DNA from: Antedon mediterranea
Lineage: Eukaryota > Animalia > Echinodermata
NCBI RefSeq assembly: GCF_964355755.1
Contig: NC_092675.1
Location: 21,052,912-21,116,911 of the forward strand
Length of the DNA stretch: 64,000 nucleotides
Reading direction: 5' to 3'
Shown: one piece after another, positions 38,031-53,200 of the stretch
Layout of the letters: every line of letters starts with the position of its first letter
Numbering within the stretch: the stretch's first letter is position 1
Notes under the pieces: model-generated
What the model was told of the DNA's origin: nothing
Seen by the model: the letters and a program-made list of their open reading frames with translations, nothing else
Databases searched by the model: none
Program-made: the position numbers and the translations under genes

Positions 38031-41000
38031 TTTTTGTTTTTAAATCCTATATTAAATTTTGTACATAATTTAGTTTTCTTGTAAATAGGCCTATTGTTAA
38101 ATAACTTTTACTTTTATTTTAATCAATCAGGGCTTAGTACCTTCTCTCAAGAAGTGCGCACGCCACTGTTTTAAAAGTTAACTTCCAAATAAATTATTTG
38201 AATATTACATAATTTGCCTATGATAATGTCATGACGAGATACAGTACAGAGAATCAGTTTAACAATAGAGACTGGGGTTGGTTTCTTTTTCTTTTGATTT
38301 GAAAGGGAAAGATAGAGTGAGGTCTAAGTAGAATACTTTTACTCAATAATAAATAGCTGATGGCTGTGAATCTAAGTACACAATTCAATCAAGTACCATC
38401 AGTGATCACAAAATTAATTTTAACGATTTACAAATGAAAACATACATTTTTATTTTTATATAAAACTGATATGCTATATTACAAAAAAAATTGCAAAGAT
38501 AAAATTGTATAAACAAAACAGTCTGTGCATAAATAAATCATAATTCTACAAAATAACTTTCTTTTAAATGCTATAACTAAAATAAACGGAGAGATACAAA
38601 TATATTTAAGATATAGTGTAATAGCGTATACCAGCATGTTGTATAATAGAATATGTAACAGGTTCATAACCCAGCACATTATATAACATTTCATACTGAA
38701 TAAAGTAGGCATTTATGATGTTAATTATAGATTATTAAATCAATATGATAATTTATTATTATCATATTGTTAAGTACTTAGTTTAGTATTGATGATGGTA
38801 TACATTTCAAATGAATGAATAATATAGTATTCAATATGTAAATATGTTAGTATTGTAGATCTGTAATATTGTTTTAATATAACCTTTTGATGACATATGC
38901 TATCATTATCACATGTTGATTTGCTATCAATGGTATTTGCATACAGATGGTTCAAACTAGTCTGATAGTACAACAGCTGATCATCGGAAATATCAGATTT
39001 CATTTTGCAGATACTACCTATTGGATTGCAATATAACAACTTTTCGTTGTAACGACGCACCACTCAACTACCCGCTTAACGTGTAACAGAATCATATGAG
39101 CATGAGCCAAATGACTCAGAAGTTATGTAGTTGGAACATAGTTTAAAACATTTAACCATAAACTCTATTGATATATATAGCATCGTGATAGTACTCTATT
39201 GAATGTTAGTTAAACACTATAGCATCGTGATAGTACTAATATAGCATTTTCAATATATTGTAGGTTGATGGTATACATAATGGAAACCTATTGTTAAAAC
39301 AGCAAGCTGCAATATAACATTTACTATACTCTGTATAATCTATTTACTGTACTGTAAATAACATGCCTGATATCAAGTAGATGGTACATACTATAGCAGG
39401 TTGCTAGGGTGCACATAAAGATGTAAATAATCTTTAGGAAATTCAACCAACCATTGCATGATATATTTAATTAAAGATATATTTATCATAATATTCATAA
39501 TTGATACTTAAACTCTCTTCATTGTTTAGTTTCTAATGTTTAAGGAAAGTTAGGAAATTATACGATAATTGAATATTTCAATAAAAATACATTAAAAAAC
39601 CTCTTTTCTTTTCTTGAATGTACAATGTTAAAAGTACAGCATCTGTTGTAGGATTATTACGTAGGTGTCGCTAAATTATACAAAAACAACATAACTAAAT
39701 ACCAGCACATCTCAAAATTCATTCATCTCCAAAGTTTAAATATACATGCTGATACACAAAACAAAACAATACAAAAATAATGTGATTGATGTATTCACTG
39801 ATTTCTGTTATTTTACAAAATAGCATTGAATAAAGCTGACTAGGTCAGGATATCAGAACAAATTAATATAAAGAACTACATCTCTGCGGCATCACATTGT
39901 TTGGTCATAACATGAAAAATATTTAAAATGTATATATTAATTCTGAAATTTAAAAAAAATAAAATCTATGTTCACATTTTTTCAAAAGGTATGACATGAA
40001 GTTCGCCTTTTGAAATCTTAAAACACAGATCAATATGCATACATTTTATCTTGTTCCCATTCTATAAATAAATTTAAAAATGATAATAAAAATGTAGTAA
40101 GTAAATAAAAATAACCTTTTATAAGTACTTTAAGTGCCTTTTAAGACAAAATTTACGGCTACGAATTTGTATGTGTTCATATGATTTTAATAAACTTTAT
40201 TTAAACAATATTGTTCCATAGATAATTTTATAGACAAAACACACAGATGAAGAAAACTATATATTTCAGATTTGTATAGAAAGTATATTTAAAATATTAA
40301 AAAGGATCATTTGGGAAATAACAATAACTAAATAGTTAGAAGGCAAGACAGAGTATCGTTTAATATGTTGGTTTTGTCTGTATGCTATGTATAACCACCC
40401 TGGATAAAAATGCTCTTTACAATATTTTTAATCTAAAAACATAAAAAACCAAAAACATAGGACAATTAGTGTTTGTGTTCTTGTAATAGAGATATCCATT
40501 AATCTTAAAGAAGCAATCTCTAGTTACAATAGATCACTACAATATCTGACACGCTTTATTTCAGTGTCATCAGCAATGAAGAAGGAACACAGAAAGTATT
40601 CGCATACCAGATAAATAGGACATAGTCAAGTATTTGAAGTAAACAGAGCATTTAAATCATTTAATTAAAATAATGAGCCTTTACAAAAACTGTTTTGTTT
40701 GCTATCAATAAATGTATCCATAAATATCAATGATACAGTGTTTTACATAATAAAAATCACAATGGATTTTCCCAATATTTGTTAATATAGATAATATTAT
40801 ACATTATTTTGATTTCAAAATTCTTTCCAATTTGTAATTTTAAATTAAAAAAAAATGTGTCCATCTTCCCATTGGCCCTTATAAGTTTTAAAAAACTCTT
40901 TCCCTCTTTAGTTGAATTTGAAAGCAAACAAACGGGCCTAACAAATTCAACGTTAAAATACTGCCAAATAGCACATTTTAACATTTGTTGTAAAAAAAGA

Positions 41001-41244
41001 CTATTTAAATCTTTAAATGTACAGACTTTTAATCATAACATAAGTTAAATTAATAACAACAATGCCATCTATTCCTATACCCTTCTCGTTGCACTTGATG
41101 TCCAGAAAGCAGTACCAACATACTCACAAAGGCAACACCAAAACTGACAACAAACAGGAGTTCCATTTTTTTTCTTCAGATATCTATACACTTATAAGGC
41201 AGCATAAGAAATTTTACATACTTTATACAAATATTTATTAGGTT

Positions 41245-44200
41245 TCATGCCGTTACAGTAGCCGTCTTCATTGATAAGTCCTGAGGTGCTTCTGTTAATT
41301 CTAAAAGTCTTTGCGGTGGTCGCGGTAGTAAGTGTAATGGTGTTTGTCCCGTTAATGCCCCTGTAAAACCGGAATGCGACGAGTGCGTGAGAAACGGTGC
41401 TTGTGGAGGGTATAGCATGAGTGGGGGCGTGTACGCTATGGGGTGCGTTGCAAGCTGAGGTTGTGGGGAGTGGACGAATGTTTGTACACAATGTGAAGGA
41501 ACAGACTGCGAAGAAGTATGCGATTGAGTGTCCGACGTGCTGGAAGATTGCGACTTTTCGTGGTGTTCAGAATTGCCGTTCAACAACAAGGAACGAGTAA
41601 CCGCAACGGGCACGGGCGAATGCCTTTCATTCGTTTGCATGGTACCGTTTTCACCGTTGCTTGAAGATACAGGATTTTGTTCATCCCCACCACAATCCGA
41701 ATGATCGTTAGAATTGTCGTCGTCATCGTCTCCTTTTTCATCTCCACTCACATAACGAATACATTTCTTCTTTCTCCTGTAATATAAGAAAATCCATCAT
41801 ACATTAGTTTTATTTTAATGGCCTGGTCATCTGAGGTAAAGAGCAATCTACTAAAGCAGAATGAGAGATAAGTTAGTGCATTTCATTAGATGTATGTTGG
41901 CGTGGACATGAACCAAGTCCATCAATCAAACAATTAGTCAGACAAATAATTAGGAGTACCATCTAATGTGTCTCATAGACATAGTAAATGGCAGTTGCTA
42001 AGCAACCGACCCTGCAATTGTAACAAATCGGTAATCGACTGTCAACAATGTGGGCTAAACGACTTTGATTAGAGTGGTTTTTTTTGCGGCAAATCGCATC
42101 GAACATCATTTCGTTAGGGTAACAGAACGTGTACGGCTACTGACCTGCAGGGTTTACACCAGTAATCTTGCTGATCGACGCCAAATCGAGCACGGCACTT
42201 CTTGGGAGTGGAAGCGTCTGTTGAAAAATAACAAATAAAAAGACATCAAACACGTATCAATCACATTACGTTCGCACATTACACTTCATTAATTGTCTGC
42301 CTAATAAATGATCCTTATATTAAATCGTAAAAAATACATTTTATTACCAGTAATAAAAATTCACTTAAAACTTTAATCAGAAAAACTTTTACAATAATTG
42401 ATAGTGATAATAAAAGTGAAAAATCATAAATTCTTCTTCGAGATGCTTTTCTTTATGAATATTTGTCAATTCGTGGAAACAATAAAAAAAGATGCATATC
42501 TATAATATGACAGAGAGTTGGTCGTTTGTGCATTTAAAAAAACATATTGGAGTAGAATGGGAGTGGGAAGGGTGCGTACCCACTCAGAGAAAGGTATTTC
42601 TTATTATTTCAACTAAAAACTAAACTTCATTTATTCGTCATTTAGAAATTATAGACGATCAAAAAATTGTCACATTTTCAAAGGTTAATAATTAATAATC
42701 CATCACAGAATATCTATACAAATCTATTTTTTGCAATGAAAAAAAAACCAACACAAAAACATGACAAAGACAAAGGTCGCGATAGACAAAACGTAAAAGA
42801 AAAACAAATTAGAAAGTGAGGTGAAAAGGCAATGCTGACGGTCAATAAGAGAATAATTTGGTAAAAAGCATTCATTATGATAAAAGCTGTTGTACAGTAT
42901 TTATTTAAGGGTAAATAATGAGGATAAAAAATAGAACAAAGTGTCGGGAGACGCTGTCAGTATCAGGCGTTTGTGGATTCAATCAAACGTTGTATTGAAT
43001 ATGCTTTAACACGAAGAAATAAATACGGGACAAAGGTGTTTAGTGTTCTAGGCTGATATTTTGTTGGTCTATTTTTAATGACAAGTATGAAATTTTGACA
43101 GAGTGATCGAAATCCCAAAGTATACTGTATTCGGCGTAATAACTACCGGTACATAATAATTTTGATAATTATATATTTTTTATTATATGCATTAAATCAT
43201 GTAAAAAATTTGATCAAATAATACAAACATTGGCTAATTACTTCATGATTTTAAACTAATATGGTAATAATTTAATTTTTCTACTTTTCATGTTATTTCA
43301 TATAATAAATTATATATATAAAAGTTAAATGATATAAAAAGTTAAAAGATACTTTAATGTAAAGTAACATTAGTAACAAATATATTTTTAAAATGGGCCA
43401 AACCATTATGATTATAGGGTTGGTTTTTATTTGATATTTGTGTAAAATGATTAGATACTATGGCATCTGCTGTAAACGTTGACTTAGTTGTAAAATCGAA
43501 TGAAATCTAGTTTCTTTTTTTTATGAAACATGTTCTCATCATCAAAAGCGAATTAACTTTTAACGCACTCATTGCTCCGTCTTCATCACCATTAGAAGCG
43601 ACGAAATTGGGTTGGGTCATCAAAATGTCGACGAGAAATGAGAGGTAAAAACACATATAAGGCATTTTTTATTCTTTTCCTAGATGCATAACTAGGACGG
43701 TCACATGATCAAATTTCAACATAAATATTAAAAATGAAAATTAACAATGCTATACATACACATACATACAATTTTAAAAATATAAAAAAATATATAATTT
43801 TACGGTTAAATATATTAATTATTTTACAGTATAATTAAAACATATTTTTATTTATTAAATACATTTTCATAGTTTACACAGTTTATAAAGAATTTAGTAA
43901 ACTGCAGAAAATAGCAAATGTTTATGAAATCCGTGTTTAAAAAAATCATTTTGATTTCATTTCATTACATTTAATAACTTTGGTTCGTAAATAATGAAAC
44001 ATTATACCGTATATAGAAATATAAAAACAGAGAATGAAGGCAAATGTCAGAAAAGATGATTGGGCGAGCCTATACATAAAAATGATCTCTTCCTATAGTA
44101 AGTGAATTATTATATTAACAGGAAATATGCATTGGAATCCTATCAAAGTTTAAACTATTACAATTTAAAAACTAATCTGAAAATGTGGAATGCGAATAAA

Positions 44201-47200
44201 TATGTGACAATTGGGAAATAAATCCTGTTATTATTAATGGCAGGAGCAGGCAATATCGGATGTTCTACCAGTGAGAATGATGACAGACAAGCTTCTATCG
44301 AAACACATTCTAAAAGTGCTATGACTTTTGATGTGGTAGAAACTAAGCCTAGATAGTCTATGGGATTATGTTGTTAACAGGCAATGATTCGCACCAGTGC
44401 AGTGGCTCCATGCGTACACTTACAACCTTGATGAAGGTCTTTGCTCGGCCTAGCACAACCATTACAATGTACGCATGGGCTGTACAAGTCCCCAACCATT
44501 ATCAACGCCATTACGACTATAATTACATCGCATTAAACTTTTTAACCACTTACGTGGAACAATGCGTGCTTGTAACACGTAAATGCACTATATACATGAT
44601 CACCAATGCCTGCAATATTATATCAACTGAATGTATTACCACATATAACAAACATGTGGCAAGTAATATATTGCCAAGAAAGATGATACTTTTATCAATC
44701 AATACATATAAAAACTATGAATTATAGAAAAATAATTATAGAAAATGAGTAAGGTAATTTGAATGTGAAAATTTGGATTTGGACCTTTCGATGGAAACCC
44801 TCCCAATTACATTGTTTTTATATTAGAGAACCAAAGTATTTTTTATATTTTGTTTTAATGTTGTATTCTTTCAACTAAAGAATAATTATGAATAAATATT
44901 AAAACATTATTTAACAGAATAAATTGTTGTTAATCTATTCAATACATTGGTTGATGTAACTTTAAGTATTGGAATACATTTCCTTCAGGGTATAATAAAC
45001 AAACTAGACATAAATATTAATGATTAATCGATAATCATTAAATACAGTAACTAACAATCTTAATTAAATATAATATATTCAGTCGCATTCATCATTACCA
45101 ATTGAATTATATTGTATAATTTATATTATTCATAATTTAATAAAGGATTAATAGTGTAGTATTACTACTGTATGTCTAATCAAAAAGGCCACTATATATT
45201 TTATATAATATATTTTGCCCTATCATATATTATATACTTTATATTATTCATATTTCAATAAAGAAATATATGCGTTAAACATTAATAGAACTAACAAACA
45301 AGTCAATTATATATCATATTGTTGTCCTTACATACTTTATATTATTCATCTTTTAAAGGAATAATTGTTTAACATTACATGTCATAAAAAAAGAAAAAAT
45401 ATATACAGTTTTACATGTTAAAATAAAAACACAACATTTCAAATAAGTGTAAATGTCTGTTTGTGAGATGTAGATTGGCTTACATAGTGTATATCTCAAC
45501 ATTGAATTCAATAGCTGTGAATGTGATAAATTCAAATAATCCACACTACTACAAAAAAAAGACACAAAAGTATATTTATTCAACACGCTATACAAACACA
45601 CACAAACGTTCGATCAGACGAGGCACTTCATTTCACACACGCAAAAATTGAAATATTCTTCTGGGAGATAAAAACATAACCGTTACAAACTGCTCGTATT
45701 TCATAACAGAACTTGTCAGTGTATGGTTTTAAAGCAACGATCGCAATATCTTCACCAACCGTTTGCCTTCTGACTAACAGTGTATTAGCATATGGTTGAT
45801 GTAAGTAAACTTTTAACACCGGATAATGTCTATTTCATTACACACTTTAGATGCGTTTTTTTTATTATCTGTGGTATGTATTGTGACAATGGCTACATCA
45901 CGTGTTAACGGTTCACACAATGTGAGTGAAAGCAGGTTGGATCAGCGTCATCATATCAAGCACGAGAATGCCATAGGAAAAAAAACTATTATGAAATGAA
46001 TTTATTTAGAGCGCATCAACAACAAACTAAATAGTTCATCAATAAACTTTAGCGGTGTTAAAATATTTGCGTTGTTTTTATTTTATATAAGGAAGTACTA
46101 TAGTGATGAGATTCAAGATTTAATTTATAATATGGAAAATAAAACATTCAAATATATATATATTTTGTTTATACTGTAGTTATATTGAAATAGTATTTGC
46201 TATTTTTGAATTCTAAACAGACTCAAAAGCACCTACATATTTGAAGGTATTAATATTATTTTATACAAAATGTCTTCTACTAAGATCACCTTAAACAAAT
46301 GCATCAAAGAGATCAAGAAAAATGGGTTGTTTTTATCAGATTTATTGAACTAAAACCTTGTAATGCAAAGTGCTATACTAGATCTGTTGCGGCAAATCCT
46401 TTAAGATAAAGCTTGCCGGACTAAAGAGTGCACTTGCATGTCAAAGGCTCTTATTAACAAATTCTACAAATAGTTCAGTTTTCTTCCTAAATATATAATG
46501 AAATTGATTTTTTACTATGAGTGAAATAATAATTTTTGTAATTAATAGTGTTCAAAATATTCTAATACATTTTTTTGATAAAAGCTAGTGATAGTAGAAT
46601 CCTTATTATAGGGGGGGAACTTCAGGATACAATAAAGTATTTGTTTCCCATTTAACTTTGTCAAGCGCCTTTGAACATTACTTTTATGGATACCGGCGCT
46701 ATATAAGTCTGATTGATTGATTATTGTGTATATAGGCTCTTGTTTTCTATTTAAGGAAGGGTTCCAGAAAATGTTTAACTTACTACTATTATAACAAGCA
46801 GTCCCACAGAATAGTTTTTACAGATCATTTAATTCAAACAGTATTAATCAGAGTACCAAAAACAAAATGTAATGCACTCTTATCATTCCAGAGGATAGGG
46901 GTATAGGTTGGCGGAGTTGAGGAGGATTGCTTCATTTAATTTCATTGACAAGATTATGATTTACAGAAAGAACTCCACTAAAAAAAGGTTAAAAAAAGGG
47001 ACAATTCCAACTTTTACACAAACTCTGGTATCCCCAATAACTAAGTAATTTACTAATAGTTTGTATATATTGGATGCCAATATAATGAGTTCTTAGAAAA
47101 TATAAGACCATATTAAGAAAGATTAGGTTTAAGCTTCATTAATCTTACATTAAGACTTAACACATACACTGAATGTGGTAGATCTTAAACGATCTCCATC

Positions 47201-50200
47201 CAAATCTACTGTATCTGTATTTACAAATCACTTCTCTTCTTACCTTGCCACTTGGTCCAAATATTTCTTTTATACATTACAGCATGGATATATCTTACTC
47301 TTAATTACTAAACTGATCATAGTGTATTAATTAGGTGATCATTTAGAATAAAATGATCACCTATTGTTATTGTATGAAATCTTTATTATTATTATTATTA
47401 ATAATTCTATTTGATTGATAAATGAACCGCATTGGATTGCACATCATATTGCAAATATTAAAAGGTAACTTTTATGAATAAAGTTTAACTGTAGACACAT
47501 TGTTTTTTGTAAAAAGATGTATAGTATTCACCTCTGGACACACAGAAACAAATCCTCTTCTTTTAAAGACACTTTAAAAATGTATGAGGCAAAGTAATAA
47601 ACATTCTTATCTTGCAGAATAAAGATTTAGTAATTATACTACCTAATTTTATATGAAGTATTTTTCCCAATACATACCCATAACCCATGACCTATAACCC
47701 CTACTTGACCTTGTAACAAGTAGTCTGCTGTGCCAAGATTGGCTTTGTTTTTATTTAAAATTTCTCACTTCACATTCAGTGTGCTTCTCAACAGCTAGGG
47801 CTCCTGACAGTCTACGAATCGTTTAAATCCAAACCTACATTGATGTCCCATATTTAACCAAATAAACGATTTAAACATTGTAGGCTAAGATTTAAGATGT
47901 ACAGTATAAAAATCAATGATGGATATAGATTGTGTAATGGCAAGTTGGTGGCGCTATTAATTTCAATTAAAAAACAACACTGCAATGGAATGCTAATTAT
48001 AATGTACAAATTTATTATAATTTAGTTTATATTTTATTTTTGCTAGGGTTCTTATTAGTTCAATTAAAATTAAAATCAATAACAAAAATGATTTAATAAT
48101 TATTTGAGAAGTTATATATAGGATTAGGGAATTTAGAGCCTTAGCCACTTATGAATGAAAGATACAGTACTGTATGGTTGATACTATTGTGGCAATTACA
48201 ACTACACCTATATTTAACTGAATAATTAAAACTGTGACAGATTCAGAGAGGAATCTCCTTTATCTGTAACCCCTTGAATATCACAAACAGGACATTCTAA
48301 ATAACTTGTAGTTGTAATAAATAATTGATGTTTTGAGTATTGAAATATTCATGTTTTTGCTGATTTCAATCAAGCCACGAACACAACTCTGTCATTGCTT
48401 CGGGCTTACAGGACCATTTGCAGAAATTAATGGCAAAAAGAGAAATTACTTTTGGATATCAAGGGACGTAACCTTCAATGGTTCTCTTTGTGTATCTCAC
48501 ACGTCGATTCTGCGAGCAAAATATTTGGTTTACGTAATATGTGTCACTGGACAATTAGAGGCTACTGGCGAATTGAGTGTTTCGTCATGCTAGAAATGGC
48601 CTCACAAATTCAATTTTGGCCAGAGGACGTAGAGTTCTATTCATACTATTACAGTTGATTTATACCGTGATTGCCATTAAAAGTCGCTCTTCCCCGTGGC
48701 ATTGGATAGCGCCCTACTTAACACTGAGATTAGTTAAATCTATTAATATCAACAGAATTTATAATCATTAAATTTCTGATTTAAAAAAAGTGGTTGCAAA
48801 CATGTGTAGATTTTGTGTAATTGATGTAATGCATCAAAATAAATTGTAGTATTTGATTATTTCTATTAAACATCAAACAAAGACTATTTTACTATTTGAA
48901 AACTGACCAATGTTAATAAAGAGTGACTACTTTAACCAAGTTACAAAAGATGTTACCTAATTAAGTTAACAGGTCACCAATGTTAATTACAAGATTACTT
49001 TATAACTATAGGTTATGAACATGTTAATTACTTTATAAACATGTTATCTAACCAGTCAACAAACTATAAACTATTACATTGTCATTATTATTACAGACAC
49101 TATTGAAACATGTCAATCAAACTCCCCTAAAAACTCTAAAAAAAAACAAAACAAAACTAAAACAGAATTCTCGTAAAGGACCAAAAAATACTTTTTTCCA
49201 CGAGATAAATAGAGTCCAGTCCAAGTTTTATAATAAATTATTAATAAATACAGTATAAACGATTTTCTGATGTATTTTTTATATACCACTACTGTAGATC
49301 GAATAAGTTAAAAAGAATGCATTTTACAATATTTTACTTTAAAAATACATTTAATTTGGGACAATTTGAAGTCTGTATTTATACTTTAATGTACAGATTG
49401 ACACACAAAAGTCAAATGTAATGTTTAAAGCTATTAGTAAAATCTTTTCGGTTAAGCATTATTTGTTTCTTCTGACGACTTCTAAGAAATACACGTTACA
49501 TTTATCCCGCATTTAATCAAGGTCAATCCACATGGATAACCCTAATAGATAAAACTAACACTCATACATTTTTGTGTCCACATTAGATGGAAAATACAGT
49601 TACGATATTAGTAAACTACATTTGAAGAACACATTTTGACAAATATGCACGACCCTGACTGAATTAAATGCCTTTACAGTCTCAAGGAGATAAAAACGCA
49701 AAGGGTTGCGACAAAAAGCTAGCATCATTAGAATCTTATTGGTACGGTGCTAAGAAGCAATATATATATAATCACCAGTCGTTTATAGGACTTAATTCCT
49801 ATCAAAAACATTTAGAAATGATTCTAAACATATTAGTCGGATTTCTATCCTAGAAGCACTCACAATAGAAAAACGTGAAGATGTTGACATTTAGAGTTTA
49901 TAGAAACAATCAAACAATGAATTTGGCAAGATATTTGTAAAACGTACAGAGAGACACAACCATCTTCTATCAAATGCCATGAATGAAAAATATGGACAAA
50001 AGACATTATACATAAAGATAATAAGTAACAATAGCAATCTTCTGAATTAAAAAAACATCAGCTTTTCCATTAGTTATTTTTACTTTGTGTTTATCAAGAC
50101 GACGTCTCTTGGGTGGATTCTCTAAGATGGCAATTTTTAAGTGATGGAAGAGTGTTTTAAATGCGATTAATTAACACTATACAGTAGAAAGAATTTTTAT

Positions 50201-53200
50201 ATAATAATTAAGAATAAGAATTCTATTTTCCAACATACAGTAATTAGTAGAAGTATATTGTAATGGACATTATATAATGTTGTATGAATAAATTAATGAA
50301 AGTATAGTTATTTTCAATACTGCCCCTCTTTTCTTTTTCCACTCTTGTTTGTAAAAAATGGTGCTTACCTAAAGTGACCACTTACAAGAGCTTCGGCCGA
50401 TTGAACAAAATGCACCTTTGACCAATGTTTTGTGACATTTCAAATGCAGAGTGTCTCATTTTGCAGATGTTATAATTTATTTCTTTCATCTTTCGTTATA
50501 TGCGAGTGGCAATTTGTGTTATGTGCCTTCATGTTGTTATATACAAACGTAACCTTCAAATGCCATCTACTTAAGATCAAATTTAAAACAAATAATGATT
50601 GTTTTTATATTCGTGCAACGGAACAAATACTTTCATTCGTTAAAAGATTAAATGTTCTATTTCACCCCATAAAAATAGTTGGTCAATTGCACTTGAACAT
50701 TTATTTGAATAAAATTTGAACTAAATTATTTAAGATAATTTGTGGGTGCCGATATATAATTTTCAGAATTTTGTAGAGGAAAAATGCATTTGTTGTCAAA
50801 CAAACTTTTAGGTGGTGACTTTATTGAAAGTAACTTATCTACAACTTATTCAATTTTATGGTCAAGAAATTCTGCAACTCCAACTAACAAACAAAAAATG
50901 TGTTTAGATTTCACTGTCCATATGTTATGAAAGAAACTATATATCAGGATAGTGAACTTATGTGTGAACCTGTAAACGTTCACATATGTCATCTTATTTC
51001 TAACTGCTCCAGCCACGTTGAAGGTGTTAAAAAAGCCCCGACAAACCACGCCTTCCCTAATACCGTTGTGAAACTTGGCACAGTATTTAATACAATAAAA
51101 CCTGAGGATAAATACATTATTCTAAACACATTCATGTGAATTTTCTCTCATTTTACTAACGTAGCATAACTGTTGAGATTCAAAAATAAATTTGATGGTA
51201 ATTATTCCGTTCTGATATTTCATTTCTGTAAGTGTTTATGTTCACCAAGGCATAATTGATTATTATGTGCTGTTTATTGAATATTATTCTTCAGTCAGCA
51301 CAATATGTATCTGATTCAAGATTAAATGGGGAGGGACTGGGTATAAAGGGATTGGGGAAAGGAACATTTGAAGGGTGTCTGTCGAAATAAGCCACTGTGT
51401 TTTAGTATAACAAAATGTTTGTATGGATGATAATCCTAAGACTCTGTCTACACTATCAAACTGTATGTGACAAAAAAATGTGATGTGCCCATATATGGAC
51501 ATGATGATGTCATATCACTTCCATATTTAAGCACTACCAAATTTGGACACATCACACTCTTTAAATCAAACTAGTTTGATAGTGTAAACAGAGCTTTACA
51601 TAACAATAATACAAGAAATCTTGGTTATAGATTACATGTGCTTATGTTTCATATTCTCTGACATTACAGTAAAAAAAACTTTTTATTATGTTAACTAAAC
51701 GATGATATAACAAATTCTGACCACACTTCCAAAACCAAGTACCTCATCAAAGAGAAGGAAAAGTCTAATTATACTAAAGCAGCTTGCAATTCATATAATA
51801 CACATGTGACTCAAAAACATGTTAATATCATACGTAAACTATGGATTAACACATTTAGCAGGTCACTTGTGTGAATCCCAGAAGTACTAGATACAGAATA
51901 TACATATTAATGCATAGATACAAAGTCGCTGGCATTGCCGATGGTTCTAAGAACATTCCTCAATGGAAATTGGACTTGAATATTCTGAAATTAGCATTAC
52001 CAACAGAATACTTATTGACAAAATAATCACCGTAACTATTAAGGCAAAAATTCTCAAGGCTAAATTACTGTGTATATTTCATAAAAAGTGCAGATTTTTA
52101 TGTAACCCATCTGTTAAGTATTTATCACATTTAACGAGGAAAAATCAAAGAGTACCTTGAATTCATATATCTCGTAAAGATTCGTAATTTTGTATTAGTA
52201 TTTTAGTAATTGGAACAATACCGATATTGTAGCCGTTTCCTGGGCCTAAATAGAGCCATAAATAACTAAACAATTTGAACCAAACCGCACTGTCTGCTTG
52301 TCTAGGTTCTCAGTGGTGTGTATTGAGTATGGTATTTTTTAAGCATAGTTCAAAATAAATATTCAACTATATAGCATTAATTGATTGATTACACATTTGT
52401 AGGGGATGAGGGCAAGACCTAAAAATGGTGAAATGAAGGTCTGAGTTTAATTGAATGTCCTATTTCTTTCTACATCTTTTCTTATAGATGAGTAAAAACT
52501 CCTCTTTGATACATTTACTGTACACTTTCCTATAAACTAATGGGAGGGTGCAAATATATATTTTAACACAACTCCCATTCAGGGGACATTTTGTTGGGTG
52601 GAAGATCTTTTATATTTGTTCATTGCCTTTGTTATTCAACACATTTAAGTGCTGTAAAGGTTGAACAAACATATCGAAAGTTTTTAAAACAAAACTAACA
52701 ATAAAGAATATTCAATCCTTGAATAATCTCTTATATTTAATTAATCAAAAGATATAGATATTTAATTATATACGCACAGTAGATAAAATTAGCATTGATG
52801 AAAGTTAAAATTGGACAAATTGAAATGAATAAATAAATATATTACATTCAGAAAATCATTAAAGAACAGCAAACTAGATTTTAGAATATTGAAGACTATT
52901 GATACAGAATAAGATATTACTTTGATTTAGCTACACAAAGAATTTATATTTTTATTTAGAAATAACTTTTTGATTATTAGATAGTTTGGTATTGGTAATA
53001 TAGTAGTTTATTTACTTAAAAAAAAATCATATTTATGTAAACTGTTGAAATGATTGCACATTTCAACGAGCAAGACATTTTTAGCAATGGAATTGTATAA
53101 TGTTGAAAGTCAAAGTAAAACTTCTTAAAAAGAATATATGCAAATCATTATGTAAATTAGATGTAAATATTTATGTAAATTAAAATGTAAATGTATGCAA

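Noticed and set aside
47332-47363. 13-bp hairpin TAGGTGATCATTT..AAATGATCACCTA as another footprint
   Set aside because: It lacks CA..TG termini and a 7-bp TSD, so it is not counted in the family.
35260-52930. Scattered ATCAAAG/CTTTGAT TCF sites as an autoregulatory cluster
   Set aside because: Their frequency is not evidently above expectation for AT-rich DNA and they are not clustered.
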